Positions 8,568 to 17,819 of a stretch of DNA of 32,000 nucleotides are shown here, piece by piece. Position numbers and translations under genes: made by a program. The notes beneath the pieces are model-generated. The model was not told the DNA's origin. It made no database searches and saw only the letters and a list, made by a program, of their open reading frames with translations. How positions within the stretch are numbered: the first letter of the stretch is position 1; each line of letters begins with the position of its first letter. Source of the stretch: Candidatus Saccharimonadota bacterium (GTDB lineage Bacteria; Patescibacteriota; Saccharimonadia; Saccharimonadales; UBA4665); NCBI GenBank assembly GCA_016699935.1, contig CP064992.1, positions 720,001 to 752,000 of the forward strand, written 5' to 3'.

Positions 8568-8659
8568 TAAAAGTCAATCAATACAACTATAGTTAGTTGA
8601 ATGTCTACTTTCATACGTGATGTAAGTTATACTGATAGTACTAGAGTAAAGGAGACGCT

Positions 8660-9219
8660 ATGAATCCACAGCAGGTAGTTGAAGAAGCGAAAAGAAGTTT
8701 ACTGGTGCGGTCGAGCACTATCATGAAGCAGCTGAAGAGTTTGCGGACAGGGCGGGCAAGTGCTGCTATGCTCGACGGGGTAGTGGTGGAAGCCTACGGC
8801 ACACCCATGCCGCTAAACCAGGTGGCTAACGTTAGTGCCCCAGAGGCTCAATTGCTGCAGATTACGCCGTTTGAAAGCAACCTGCAAAAGATTGCGAGTG
8901 CCATTCGTGATAACGAGCCTGGGTATGAACCCCAGCGATGATGGTCATGTGGTACGCGTGCCTATCCCAGCACTCACTGAGGAGCGCCGCCGCAGGAAAT
9001 TGTTAAACAACGGCGGCAAACAAGAAGACGCCATGATTGCTGTGCGCAATATCCGCCATGAAGCAATGGACGCCATAGACAAAGCCAAAAAGACAAAGAA
9101 ATCGGTGAGGATGACGCGAAGCGCCTCAGTGGACAGGTTGAAGATGCTATGCAAAGGTTCGTACCGATATAGAGGCTGCCTCCAGAGCGAAGGAAAGTGA
9201 TATTCTGTCACTTTCTTAG
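8660..9219 (+). pseudogene. frr: Ribosome recycling factor, broken by about 5 frameshifts as assembled
   Basis: Matching segments are LKSLRTGRASAAMLDGVVVEAYGTPMPLNQVA, LGMNPSDDGHVVRVPIPALTEERRR and IAVRNIRHEAMDAIDKAKK.KEIGEDDAKRLSGQVEDAMQRF.TDIEAASRAKESDILSLS*. AAGGAG SD 5 nt upstream. Confidence 0.85.
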
Positions 9220-9396
9220 TGCAGAGGGCTGAGAGCAAAAACAAAAGTTTGTCCTAGGGAAATATTATGTCAAGTTTCAAGGATTTAAGACCTCTTGCAA
9301 AATAACTCCGTAGTCCATAACGCGCCCTTTTTGTCCCAAATAGAGCAATAACCTTCGCATCGTAACAGCGGTTACGATTTGTCGGCTATTGTCAAT

Positions 9397-9769
9397 TTGA
9401 AACAAAAATCAACACGTTCTGGATATACGGATTATTCTGCAAAGAGGTCTTTGAATGTGTGGCAGAAGGGTGTTGAGCTTAGTATTTTGGCGTACGGGCT
9501 CGCGCACAACTGCCAAAAATGAACAGTACCGGCTGGCACTACAGATTACTAGTGCCGCCACATCAATTCAACAGATATCGCTGAAGGTTACCGGCGCAAT
9601 AACAGAGCCAGTACCGTCACTTTGTAGTATTTCACTTGGTTCAGCTGCCGAATTTGAGACTCAATTGGTTATTATCAGAAAAAGGTCTTTCCTGAAATCG
9701 AAGTAAAGGCTAGCGATGGGTTTGGTAACAGAGATCCAGAAAATGCTGACAGTACTTGTCAGAAACTGA
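9397..9769 (+). pseudogene. Second four-helix-bundle (S23p/Avd-like) gene with at least 4 frameshifts and an unclear start; a possible decayed extra N-terminal fragment lies at 9267-9396
   Basis: Reconstructed as ...SLNVWQKGVELSILAYGLAHN.PKNEQYRLALQITSAATSI..DIAEGYRRNNR...ISLGSAAEFETQLVII...GLVTEIQKMLTVLVRN*. Separately, ATG 9267 opens MSSFKDL (a family-like N-terminus) but hits stops immediately. Confidence 0.65.
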
Positions 9770-9779
9770 GCTGACTCAG

Positions 9780-9804
9780 CCCTTTGCCCTTTGCCCTTTG
9801 CCCT
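9780..9804 (+). repeat. Tandem heptamer array (CCTTTGC)x3.5
   Basis: Direct reading gives c cctttgc cctttgc cctttgc cct, immediately followed by TATAAT at 9806-9811. Confidence 0.9.
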
Positions 9805-9811
9805 ATATAAT
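9783..9811 (+). promoter_or_regulatory. Putative rseP promoter built from the heptamer array: TTTGCC, 17-nt spacer, TATAAT, with the ATG 8 nt downstream (predicted leaderless)
   Basis: tttgcc at 9783-9788, tataat at 9806-9811, then agaatcca and the ATG at 9820. Confidence 0.5.
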
Positions 9812-9819
9812 AGAATCCA

Positions 9820-10984
9820 ATGGCAGTTTTTATATTAGTTATGGGCTCGTGCTATTCCTTTTGCTCATCATCACGCATGAGATGGGGCATTTTTGGTGGC
9901 CAAGCGAAATGGGGTGAAAGCTGAAGAGTTTGGCATATTCTTCCCACCAAAACTCTGGAGTAAGAAGATGAAGGGCGGCTGGGATTTCACCATAAACGCA
10001 CTACCACTCGGTGGTTTCGTGAAGCTGAAGGGCGAACACGATAGCGACACCGAAAAGGGTAGTTTTGGCGCGGCCAGCGATTGGTCTAAGGCAAAAATCA
10101 TGCTGGCGGGTGTGGCGGTAAACCTCGTGACTGCACTGGTTTTGTTTACCATCCTCGCGCTCTTAGGTATGCCGAAGCTCGTCGATAACCAGTTCACCGT
10201 AGCCAGCGATACGAAGATATCCCGTTACGATGTCTTAGTCGGGTATGTTGAGGCTAAAACACCAGCCGCAGGGGCAGGGTTAAAAGAGCGAGATAAACTC
10301 CTCAGCTTTGCAACGGCACAAAAAACAGTCGAAATGAACGGCCAAAAGCTGTCAGAGGTTACAAAACAGTTTGCTGGACAAAAAGTGACAATCAGCTACG
10401 AGCGTGATGGGAAGGTGCGTTCCACGCAGGCAACGCTCCTTACGGCCAATGCTGTTGAGGCAAGCCGTAAAACAGACAATCCGAAGGGATACCTCGGTGT
10501 AGCGCCACAGGAAATCATCATCCGCAAATCTACGTGGTCGGCTCCGGTCGTTGCGGTTGGGTTGAGTGCGCAGTTTACCCAGCTGACGCTCAAAGGTATT
10601 GGTACGGCACTTGGTGGCCTCGGGGGCATCATTGCGGGCGGCGTTACAGGCAACACCGAAGCGCGACAGAAGGCGCAAACCGAAGCAAGCAGTCAGGTAT
10701 CTGGTCCACTCGGTATTTATTTCGTACTCAAGAGCGGCAGTTCGCTCGGTCTTCTTTTCATGCTTTTTATCATCGCTATCATATCGCTTACGCTTGCCAT
10801 TATGAACGTACTGCCCGTGCCAGCACTCGATGGTGGACGACTCTACATGATGCTCGCGAGTCGCTTAACCAAGCAGAAACGCCTGACGCCCAAGATGGAA
10901 GAGAACATCGTTGGGGCGAGTTTTATGCTCCTCATCGGCCTCATCATCCTAATCACCATCGTTGATGTCAAACGCTTCTTCTAA
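9820..10984 (+). CDS. rseP: RIP metalloprotease RseP (site-2 protease, M50) with a PDZ domain; two frame breaks in the first 75 nt
   Basis: Reads MAVFILVMGLVLFLLLIITHEMGHFLVAKRNGV... if GGG 9843-9845 is G4 and T5 9890-9894 is T6. The HEMGH zinc motif is at 9876-9890. The rest (track ORF 9893..10984) is intact and ends in TM helices with the NVLPVPALDGG motif. Confidence 0.9.
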
Positions 10985-11801
10985 AGGGCCAGCTTTGCCA
11001 AATGAGGTGAACCTCACCGAAGATAAAACCATATTCCCAGGTGAACCTAAAAAAAGTAAAACACCAAAAGACCGTGGTTGGCGACCGCTACCAGCCGTGC
11101 TCTGGACCTTGTTCTTGTATATTGCTCCACAGGTCGCGGCGGCTTCCATACTCGTTTTTATCCTCAGTGCCCTGGGTTGGAGCTCGGAGCGTGCAACAGA
11201 TTGGTTGCAGAATGCTGTGAGCGCACAGTTTTATTACATACTTGTTGCAGAGCTACTGACACTAAGCGGGATATACTGGCTGCTACGAACGCATCGCAAA
11301 ACATGGAAACACCTCGGGCTTATATCTTTACGGCTCGCTGATGTATGGAAGGCGGTGCAGGGGTTTGGTGCATATGTTGTCGTCTACATTGTCGTTGCTA
11401 GTGTGGTTGGTGCACTCATACCGTCATTGGATGTCGAGCAAGAACAACAGATTGGCTTTGAAGCAGCGCGATCGGGCATCGATTTACTCCTCGTCTTTAG
11501 CGGTCTCGTTATGTTAGCGCCGCTGGCTGAAGAAATTGTGTTTCGTGGCTACCTCTTTACAAGCCTCAGAAGTAAATTTAGTTTTCTTTACGCTACACTC
11601 ATAACAAGCACACTCTTTGGAGCTGCTCACTTGCAGTTTGGATCAGGCGAGCCCCTACTATGGATTGCGGCCATAGACACTGCGGTGCTTTCTGGAGTCA
11701 TGTGTTACATGCGTGAAAAAACGGGCAGCCTTTGGCCGGCTATATTTATTCACGCCATGAAAAATATGGTCGCATTTTCATACCTTTTTTTGTTCAAATA
11801 A
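10965..11801 (+). CDS. CPBP-family intramembrane glutamic endopeptidase (CAAX protease-like)
   Basis: Multi-TM ORF with the motifs LAEEIVFRGYLF, FGAAH and IHAMKN. The start is uncertain (TTG 10962 or ATG 10965), and it overlaps the rseP 3' end. Confidence 0.8.
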   Translation: MSNASSKGPALPNEVNLTEDKTIFPGEPKKSKTPKDRGWRPLPAVLWTLFLYIAPQVAAASILVFILSALGWSSERATDWLQNAVSAQFYYILVAELLTLSGIYWLLRTHRKTWKHLGLISLRLADVWKAVQGFGAYVVVYIVVASVVGALIPSLDVEQEQQIGFEAARSGIDLLLVFSGLVMLAPLAEEIVFRGYLFTSLRSKFSFLYATLITSTLFGAAHLQFGSGEPLLWIAAIDTAVLSGVMCYMREKTGSLWPAIFIHAMKNMVAFSYLFLFK

Positions 11802-11885
11802 CCAAGACTATAGAGTACAATAGGGCAATGCAACGAGCGTTCTTTTGGCCGAACACACGAACCATACCACCGCGGCGGTCTTGCG

Positions 11886-11920
11886 TTAACTCTTAACTCT
11901 TAACTCTTACCTCTTAAATC
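11886..11920 (+). repeat. Tandem heptamer array (TTAACTC)x3 plus variants TTACCTC and TTAAATC
   Basis: Direct reading. It is followed by CATAAT at 11922-11927. An AGGA SD sits 7 nt before the proS ATG. Confidence 0.9.
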
Positions 11921-11948
11921 TCATAATACATAACTCTAGGATTCCCCC

Positions 11949-13649
11949 ATGAAAGTATCACAAATAGTCACTCGTACCAGCAAAACCGCTCCTGCTGAGG
12001 AAGTTGCCAAAAACGCACAGCTGCTCATTCGCGCTGGGTATGTTTACAAAAATATGGCCGGAGTCTATTCGTACACACCGCTAGGTTTCCGTGTGCTAGA
12101 AAATATCAAACAGATTGTACGAGAAGAAATGGATGCTATTGGCGGGCAGGAGCTCATTATGAGTAGTCTGCAGCGCAAAGAAACTTGGGAACAAACCGGG
12201 CGTTGGGACGAAAAAGTTGTCGACATTTGGTTCAAATCGCATCTACAAGATGGCACCGAGGTTGGGTTTGGTTGGAGCCACGAAGAGCCAATCATCGAAA
12301 TGCTTAAGCAATATATAAGTAGTTATAAAGACCTGCCAGCCTATGTTTACCAGTTTCAGACAAAACTGCGCAACGAAGTGCGGGCCAAAAGCGGCATTTT
12401 ACGTGGCCGTGAGTTTGTTATGAAAGACATGTATAGCTGTTGCGTCGATCAAATGCAGCACGACGCATTTTATCAAGCGAGCATGGATGCCTACATGCGT
12501 GTTTTTGAAAGAGTTGGTTTGGGCGAAGACACATTCATCACCTATGCCAGTGGTGGGGCGTTTACTAAATTTAGCCACGAGTTTCAGACCATTTGTGACG
12601 CCGGAGAAGATTACATCTTTGTCGTTCCCAGCACCAAACAGGCTTTCAACGCTGAAATAGCCCCGGTTAAATCCGCCCCTGTTGAACAGCCAAATGAAGT
12701 AAAACCACTGGAATTTTTAGAAGATACCGAAACGACAGGAGTTGACGCACTAGTCGAGCGTCTAGGAATAAAGCTGTCATCTAGTACCAAAACCATGCTC
12801 TTCAGCAGCGACAAAGGGCTGATTGCGGCGGCCGTTCGCAGTGACTACAAACTGAACGAAGAAAAGCTAAAAGCGGTCGTGGACGCCGATTGGCTGCAAC
12901 TAGCCTCGGCCGATGAAGTTCGCGCGGCAACAGGGGCAGAGCTGGGCTTTGCTGGGCTATATAACTTGCCAGATAGTATAAAATGCTATGTCGACGAATC
13001 TTGTGAAGGCTTGGTCAATTTTGAAACAGGCGCCAACGAAACAGGCAAACACGCTTACAATGTGAACTGGGAGCGTGATGTTCAAAAACCAGATCAATTT
13101 TATGATATCAAGCTAGCAAAAACAGGCGATCTCTATCCTGAAACCGGTGAGGCCTATGAGGTACACAAAACAGCTGAGGTTGGAAACATTTTCAATTTTG
13201 GAACCAAAAAGAGTCAGGAAATGGATTTTGCCTTTACAAACGAGGCAGGTGAGCGGCAATTCGTCTATTTGGGCTCATACGGTATTGGTGTTACCAGGCT
13301 AATGGGCGTACTAGCAGAGAAAATGGCTGACGAACATGGACTGGTTTGGCCAGTCAATGTTGCACCTTATATGGTCTATCTTGTGCAAATTGGAAATGAA
13401 AACGAAGTAGTAAAAAGTACAGAAAATCTGTGCGAAATATTACAGTCTTGGGGGGTGAGTGTGCTGTATGATGACACGGACAAACGTCCTGGTGAGAAGT
13501 TCGCCGATGCTGATTTGCTTGGCATCCCGCACCGCGTTGTGGTCAGTACTAAAACAATAGAGGCAGGTAATTATGAGTATAAAGCGCGTACGTCAAGTGA
13601 TGTCGAGATGGTATCAATGGACAGACTCAAAAACATATTGACCCAGTAA
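11949..13649 (+). CDS. proS: Prolyl-tRNA synthetase (bacterial type, 566 aa)
   Basis: Intact ORF with class II motifs including GILRGREFVMKDMYS, the ...YLGSYGIGVTRLMG motif-3 region, and a C-terminal anticodon-binding domain. Confidence 0.9.
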   Translation: MKVSQIVTRTSKTAPAEEVAKNAQLLIRAGYVYKNMAGVYSYTPLGFRVLENIKQIVREEMDAIGGQELIMSSLQRKETWEQTGRWDEKVVDIWFKSHLQDGTEVGFGWSHEEPIIEMLKQYISSYKDLPAYVYQFQTKLRNEVRAKSGILRGREFVMKDMYSCCVDQMQHDAFYQASMDAYMRVFERVGLGEDTFITYASGGAFTKFSHEFQTICDAGEDYIFVVPSTKQAFNAEIAPVKSAPVEQPNEVKPLEFLEDTETTGVDALVERLGIKLSSSTKTMLFSSDKGLIAAAVRSDYKLNEEKLKAVVDADWLQLASADEVRAATGAELGFAGLYNLPDSIKCYVDESCEGLVNFETGANETGKHAYNVNWERDVQKPDQFYDIKLAKTGDLYPETGEAYEVHKTAEVGNIFNFGTKKSQEMDFAFTNEAGERQFVYLGSYGIGVTRLMGVLAEKMADEHGLVWPVNVAPYMVYLVQIGNENEVVKSTENLCEILQSWGVSVLYDDTDKRPGEKFADADLLGIPHRVVVSTKTIEAGNYEYKARTSSDVEMVSMDRLKNILTQ

Positions 13650-13725
13650 ACAAAACCCAGTAGTATAGCAAGACTAAACGACCAAGACCGGTTCAGCCAC
13701 ATCAGTGCAAAAGGAGGATATAGGT

Positions 13726-14182
13726 ATGAAGAAGTTATTTCATTTGACCCAGGAAGGTATAAAGAGCTTGAAGCCGAGAAGGCGGAGCTGCTTATAAGGA
13801 GGGTCGAAACGGCTGAGGCGATTAAGGTTGCTCGCGAGCTTGGTGACCTTCCGAAAACGCAGAGTATCAATCGGCACGAGCCGAGCAGGAGCGTAACGAT
13901 GGCCGGCTTGAGGAAATTGACCACATCCTCGCCAACGTGGAAGTCATAAAGGCCCGCAAGAGCAAGCAAGTTGGGCTTGGCTCTACCGTAACCCTGAAGC
14001 ACCCAAAGGGCAATGAAGTCACCGTTCAAATCGTCGGAACCATAGAGGCCGACCCGGCTGTCGATAAAATTTCCGACGAATCACCTATAGGCAAAGCGCT
14101 TCTTGGTAAAAAAGAAGGCGATTCGGTCGACATAGTCAAACCCGCTGAAACCATCACCTACCAAGTTATTGCAATTCGCTAG
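13726..14182 (+). CDS. greA: Transcription elongation factor GreA; two frame breaks in the N-terminal coiled coil
   Basis: Reconstructed as MKKLFHLTQEGIKELEAEKAELLIRRVETAEAIKVARELGDLSENAEYQSARAEQERNDGRLEEIDHILANVEVIK...SPIGKALLGKKEGDSVDI. The breaks are at A-run ~13760 and TT ~13848. AAGGAGG SD. Confidence 0.85.
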
Positions 14183-14185
14183 TCG

Positions 14186-14230
14186 CTACGAGCTTCGCAA
14201 CTGAGCAGCTGGCTGGTGCGAAACTCGTGG
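14186..14230 (+). terminator. Possible greA terminator hairpin
   Basis: ctacgagcttcgcaac (14186-14201) pairs with ggtgcgaaactcgtgg (14215-14230) at about 14 of 16 positions. The downstream sequence ttgctttacattt is only moderately T-rich. Confidence 0.35.
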
Positions 14231-14290
14231 TTGCTTTACATTTGTGCTTATTCGAGTAACATACTACTTATAAAGTAGGAGGGCAGCGGG

Positions 14291-15079
14291 ATGGACTCAA
14301 CAGAGGAAAATAGCACTAACGAGGTGAAAACATCTAGTACGAAAGCGGTAACACTGCGTGTAAACCCATGGTGGTTAAGTGCGGCTCTTGCGGTTGGGCT
14401 ACTTGCCGTTGTGGTACTGTGGCGCCCGTGGGATAGCCAGCCGAGTGCAGGCGATCGTACTGTAAGCGTGAGCGGGAGTGCAACACTCAAAGCCGAACCA
14501 GATGAATACGTCTTTTACCCAAGTTATGAGTTTAAAAATGCCGACAAGGCTACTGGACTCAAAGAGCTCACCGCCAAAAGCGATGAAGTAGTCGCTGGGC
14601 TTAAAAAAGCAGGTGTAGCCGACAAAGATATCAAAACAAATGCTAGTGGCTACCGAGACTATTACTATTTTGACCAAGAGGCAAAAACGCACACCTACAG
14701 TTTGCAAATCACCGCTACAACGCATACTCGTGAGACGGCGCAAAAAGCCCAAGATTATTTACTGACAACTGATCCAAGCGGGGCAGTGACGCCGCAGAGT
14801 ACCTTTAGCACGGCGAAACAGAAGCAGCTCGAGACACAAGGTCGTGACCAAGCTACCAAAGAAGCACGCGCCAAAGCCGACCAACAAGCTAAAAACCTTG
14901 GCTTCAAACTGGGTAAGGTGAAAAGCGTCGAAGATAGCAGCAATGCATATGGCGGACCGATACCGATGCTGACGATGGACTCAGCCAAATCGTCTGGTGT
15001 GAGTGAATCAAGTCTACCTGTCCAACCCGGCCAAAACGACCTAACCTACACCGTCCAGGTCACGTACTACATCCGCTAA
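14291..15079 (+). CDS. SIMPL (DUF541) domain protein with an N-terminal membrane anchor
   Basis: Intact 262-aa ORF with a TM segment (WWLSAALAVGLLAVVVLW). The core runs from SVSGSATLKAEPDEYVF to the end ...LPVQPGQNDLTYTVQVTYYIR, typical of the family. AGGAGGG SD. Confidence 0.75.
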   Translation: MDSTEENSTNEVKTSSTKAVTLRVNPWWLSAALAVGLLAVVVLWRPWDSQPSAGDRTVSVSGSATLKAEPDEYVFYPSYEFKNADKATGLKELTAKSDEVVAGLKKAGVADKDIKTNASGYRDYYYFDQEAKTHTYSLQITATTHTRETAQKAQDYLLTTDPSGAVTPQSTFSTAKQKQLETQGRDQATKEARAKADQQAKNLGFKLGKVKSVEDSSNAYGGPIPMLTMDSAKSSGVSESSLPVQPGQNDLTYTVQVTYYIR

Positions 15080-15130
15080 CGCTTATTTAGTTGAGTTGTC
15101 CGACAGTTGTAGATTAAAGAAGGCAAATTT

Positions 15131-15159
15131 TTGTGCTCTTGTGAGTCTTTCGGTACAAT
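15131..15159 (+). promoter_or_regulatory. Putative lysS promoter: TTGTGC, 17-nt spacer, TACAAT, with the ATG 10 nt downstream
   Basis: ttgtgc at 15131-15136, tacaat at 15154-15159, ATG at 15170, and no SD. Confidence 0.45.
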
Positions 15160-15169
15160 AGAATACGAT

Positions 15170-16741
15170 ATGCAGTGGTTAAATACGATTGTTGATGAGC
15201 TTATTGCTCGTGTGCCGGAAGGTGAGATTTTGCTGGAGTCTGGCGCGTCGCCTAGCGGGACGTATCATTTGGGGCATATGCGTGAGTTGTTGACGCCCGA
15301 TGCGGTGCTGCTGGAACTACGTCGCCGAGGTAGGCAGGCGCGTCACATTCACTTCGTCGATGACCTCGACGCCCTACGCAAAGTGCCGGTAAATATTCCT
15401 AGCGAGTACGAAAAGTACCTGGGCATGCCGCTGTGTGATATCCCGGCCGTAGATGGCAGCCAGCGCTCTTACGGTGACTATTTTCTAGATGGCTTCAAAC
15501 AGGCTGGGGAGCTACTGGGTATAGAAGTAGAATATTTGTACGCTCACGAAAAATATCGGGCAGGCTTTTTTGTGCCAGCTATAGAAAGAAGTTTAGAGCG
15601 TATACCACAAGCTCATGCTGCGTTAGAAGCAGTTTCGGGCCGTCAACTAGACGAACACTGGTCTCCGGTGCAAATCATGGAGCAGGGCAGGCTAAAAAAC
15701 CGTCAGTTTATTCGCCTTAACAAGTCAGATAAAACTATTGCGTACCAGTCTGCTGATGGTCAAGAACAAACTGTCGCGTATGATACCGGTCTAGTTAAGC
15801 TCGATTGGCGGCTCGACTGGCCTGGGCGCTGGTGGTTGCTCTGTGTCACAGCTGAACCATTTGGCCGCGATCATGCCAGTGCTGGCGGTTCATACGAAAC
15901 AGGAGCGCGCATGATGCAAGATGTCTACAGGCTCCAGCGCCATACCCCATTCCCTATGACTTTATAAATATGGCTGGTGATACGAAGAAAATGAGTGCTA
16001 GCAAAGGTACTGGTCTAGATGCAGTCGAAGGCGCTACCATTAGTATGCCGGCAGAAGTAGTGCGCTATTTTGTACTTGGTTCCGCCCCGAGCAAACGGCT
16101 GTATTTCGACCCTGTCGGAGGGTTGTAAGGCTGATGGATGAATATGCAGCGTTAGGCTGCCAAGCCAGATAAAACGCCCGAAGACGAGCAGCTACTGTAC
16201 ATTTGTACTCGCGGTAATAACCGACAAACGGTTAGCCGCGTACCTTTTAGCCAATATCTTGTGGCCTGCTACCAGAGCGAGTTTGCGTGATCCAGCTAAA
16301 ACTCTTGAGGTTATCAAGCGGACAGAACATGCCCAGGCAGCAGAGGAAGACCCCGAAATCATTATGCGCGAGTTGACTTTCATTGATGCGTGGTTAGAAT
16401 ATGCCGCCACCAGATGAAGTGAAATTCGCTTTGCGTGAACAGATAGAAAAAGTGAGTTTAGCGAAAATGAAGTGAAGCTATTGCTAACCTAGCGAAAGCG
16501 TTGCTGCTGCACCGGCCAATAGCTGAGGGGGACTATTTTCACCTAGCTCTCTATGCGCTCAAAGACGAGTTTGGCATGCGGCCAAAGATATTTTCTCGGC
16601 ACTATACCGCTTACTAATTGGTAAAACCAGTGGCCCCCGCGCCGGCTGGTTCCTCAGTATCCTCCCCGCGACTGGCTTATCTCTCGTCTAAAGCTGGAAA
16701 AAGTAAGAAACATTTACAAAAAGTTAAAGCGTTTGATATAA
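15170..16741 (+). pseudogene. lysS: Class I lysyl-tRNA synthetase (LysK type); intact to about 15930, then at least 5 frameshifts; 3' end uncertain (16691 or 16741)
   Basis: Class I features: SGASPSGTYHLGHMRE (HIGH-like), LDWRLDWPGRWW, EPFGRDHASAGGSYETG and KMSASKG (KMSKS). The tail reads ...ALYRLLIGKTSGPRAGWFLSILP. Confidence 0.8.
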
Positions 16742-16742
16742 T
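16714..16742 (+). promoter_or_regulatory. Putative vapBC promoter: TTACAA, 17-nt spacer, TATAAT, with the ATG 7 nt downstream (predicted leaderless)
   Basis: ttacaa at 16714-16719, tataat at 16737-16742, then gctttac and the ATG at 16750. Confidence 0.55.
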
Positions 16743-16749
16743 GCTTTAC

Positions 16750-16968
16750 ATGACATATACAGCAACAATATCTTCACAGGGACGAGGTGACCATACCGGC
16801 GAAGTACGGCGGCAGTTAGGGCTGCGAAGCGCAAGTGTGGTATTTGACGTAAAGACGACCAGCTAATTTTGCGGCGTGAGCCAACCCTTGAGGACATCAG
16901 GCTATCCTGAAGGGGACTGAAAAAAGTTATCAGATATCGAGTCGGAAAGAAACAATCCGTGGGCACAT
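16750..16968 (+). pseudogene. vapB: AbrB/SpoVT-type antitoxin (VapB-like) with several frame breaks and an unresolved 3' end
   Basis: Reconstructed as MTYTATISSQGR.VTIPAEVRRQLGLRSASVVFDVKDDQLILRREPTLEDIR..., showing the swapped-hairpin signature. It lies immediately upstream of a PIN gene. Confidence 0.6.
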
Positions 16969-17379
16969 TTGGCAATAGCCAGGATTTACGAACGCGTGGT
17001 TATTGATACGAAAATCATCCTGCGGTGTTTGCTGCAGGATAGCTCAACCCAGTCCCCTGAAGCCAGTCGGGTCATACTGGAAGCACCTAAGATCATCATA
17101 ACAGACGTGGTACTGATGGAATGTGCCTATGTGATGTCATTACTATACAAAAAAACACACCAGCAGATTGCCTTGTCCCTTGGGCTTTTTATAAAAAGAA
17201 ATAATGTTGTTTACGAAGCAGGGCTAGCAGAGTATTACCTAGGTCTATACGTTCTTGGAAGCCTGGATTTAGCCGACTGCTATCTGGTTGCATATGCTTT
17301 AAAACATAACGAAACTCTACAAACTTTCGATAAAAAACTGCAGAGAGTATATGAGGCTGAGAGAGCGAAAGTGGCCTGA
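16969..17379 (+). CDS. vapC: PIN-domain ribonuclease toxin (VapC-like)
   Basis: Intact ORF with VVIDTKIIL (first acidic residue), VLMECAYV, SLDLADCYLVAYA and LQTFDKKL. The start is TTG 16969 or GTG 16996. Confidence 0.75.
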   Translation: MAIARIYERVVIDTKIILRCLLQDSSTQSPEASRVILEAPKIIITDVVLMECAYVMSLLYKKTHQQIALSLGLFIKRNNVVYEAGLAEYYLGLYVLGSLDLADCYLVAYALKHNETLQTFDKKLQRVYEAERAKVA

Positions 17380-17747
17380 TGGAAGCCACAGATAAGTTGT
17401 TTCATGAGCTAATAGACAGGGCGTTTGATTCTTTGCCGCAGATCCACCGCGACCGGGTGAGGAACGTTGCGATTGTGACGGCCGATGAACCTACACCGCT
17501 GCAAAGACAAGAGCTGAAACTGCACTGCAATCAGACATTGCTTGGGTTATACAGTGGTATCCCTTTGCCGCAGCGACAGGGCAGAGAACCGCTCGTGCCA
17601 GATGTCATTACGCTTTTCAAGCTACCGCTACTGGCAGAGAGTGATGATGAAGCAGCACTTTACGAGAACATTCGGCACACACTATGGCATGAGGTCGCCC
17701 ACTACTACGGGCTTGACCATGACCAGATTCACAAACTCGAGAGATAG
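17379..17747 (+). CDS. Small zincin-like metallopeptidase-family protein (DUF1025-like)
   Basis: 122 aa with a C-terminal HEVAHYYGLDHDQI motif (HExxH). Its ATG overlaps the vapC TGA (TGATG), which suggests translational coupling. Confidence 0.65.
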   Translation: MEATDKLFHELIDRAFDSLPQIHRDRVRNVAIVTADEPTPLQRQELKLHCNQTLLGLYSGIPLPQRQGREPLVPDVITLFKLPLLAESDDEAALYENIRHTLWHEVAHYYGLDHDQIHKLER

Positions 17748-17819
17748 ATCGTCCTCACACCCGCACTTAAGTATCGAAAATAAACTTCAAAATGTAGCAT
17801 TTTGATAAAGGGAGGGTAA

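Noticed and set aside
3151-9769. The 4HB (Avd-like) genes considered as part of a diversity-generating retroelement
   Set aside because: No reverse transcriptase ORF is present, I could see no template/variable repeat pair, and no C-type-lectin-like target gene is in the window. Stand-alone members of this family are common.
10534-10965. 143-aa Arg/His/Trp-rich ORF in an alternative frame of rseP
   Set aside because: The rseP frame carries the conserved M50/PDZ/TM features. The alternative frame has an implausible composition.
11802-11948. T-box or another riboswitch leader upstream of proS (and likewise upstream of serS and lysS)
   Set aside because: The spacers are too short (0-150 nt). 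I found no specifier-loop or T-box consensus sequence, and serS and lysS appear leaderless.
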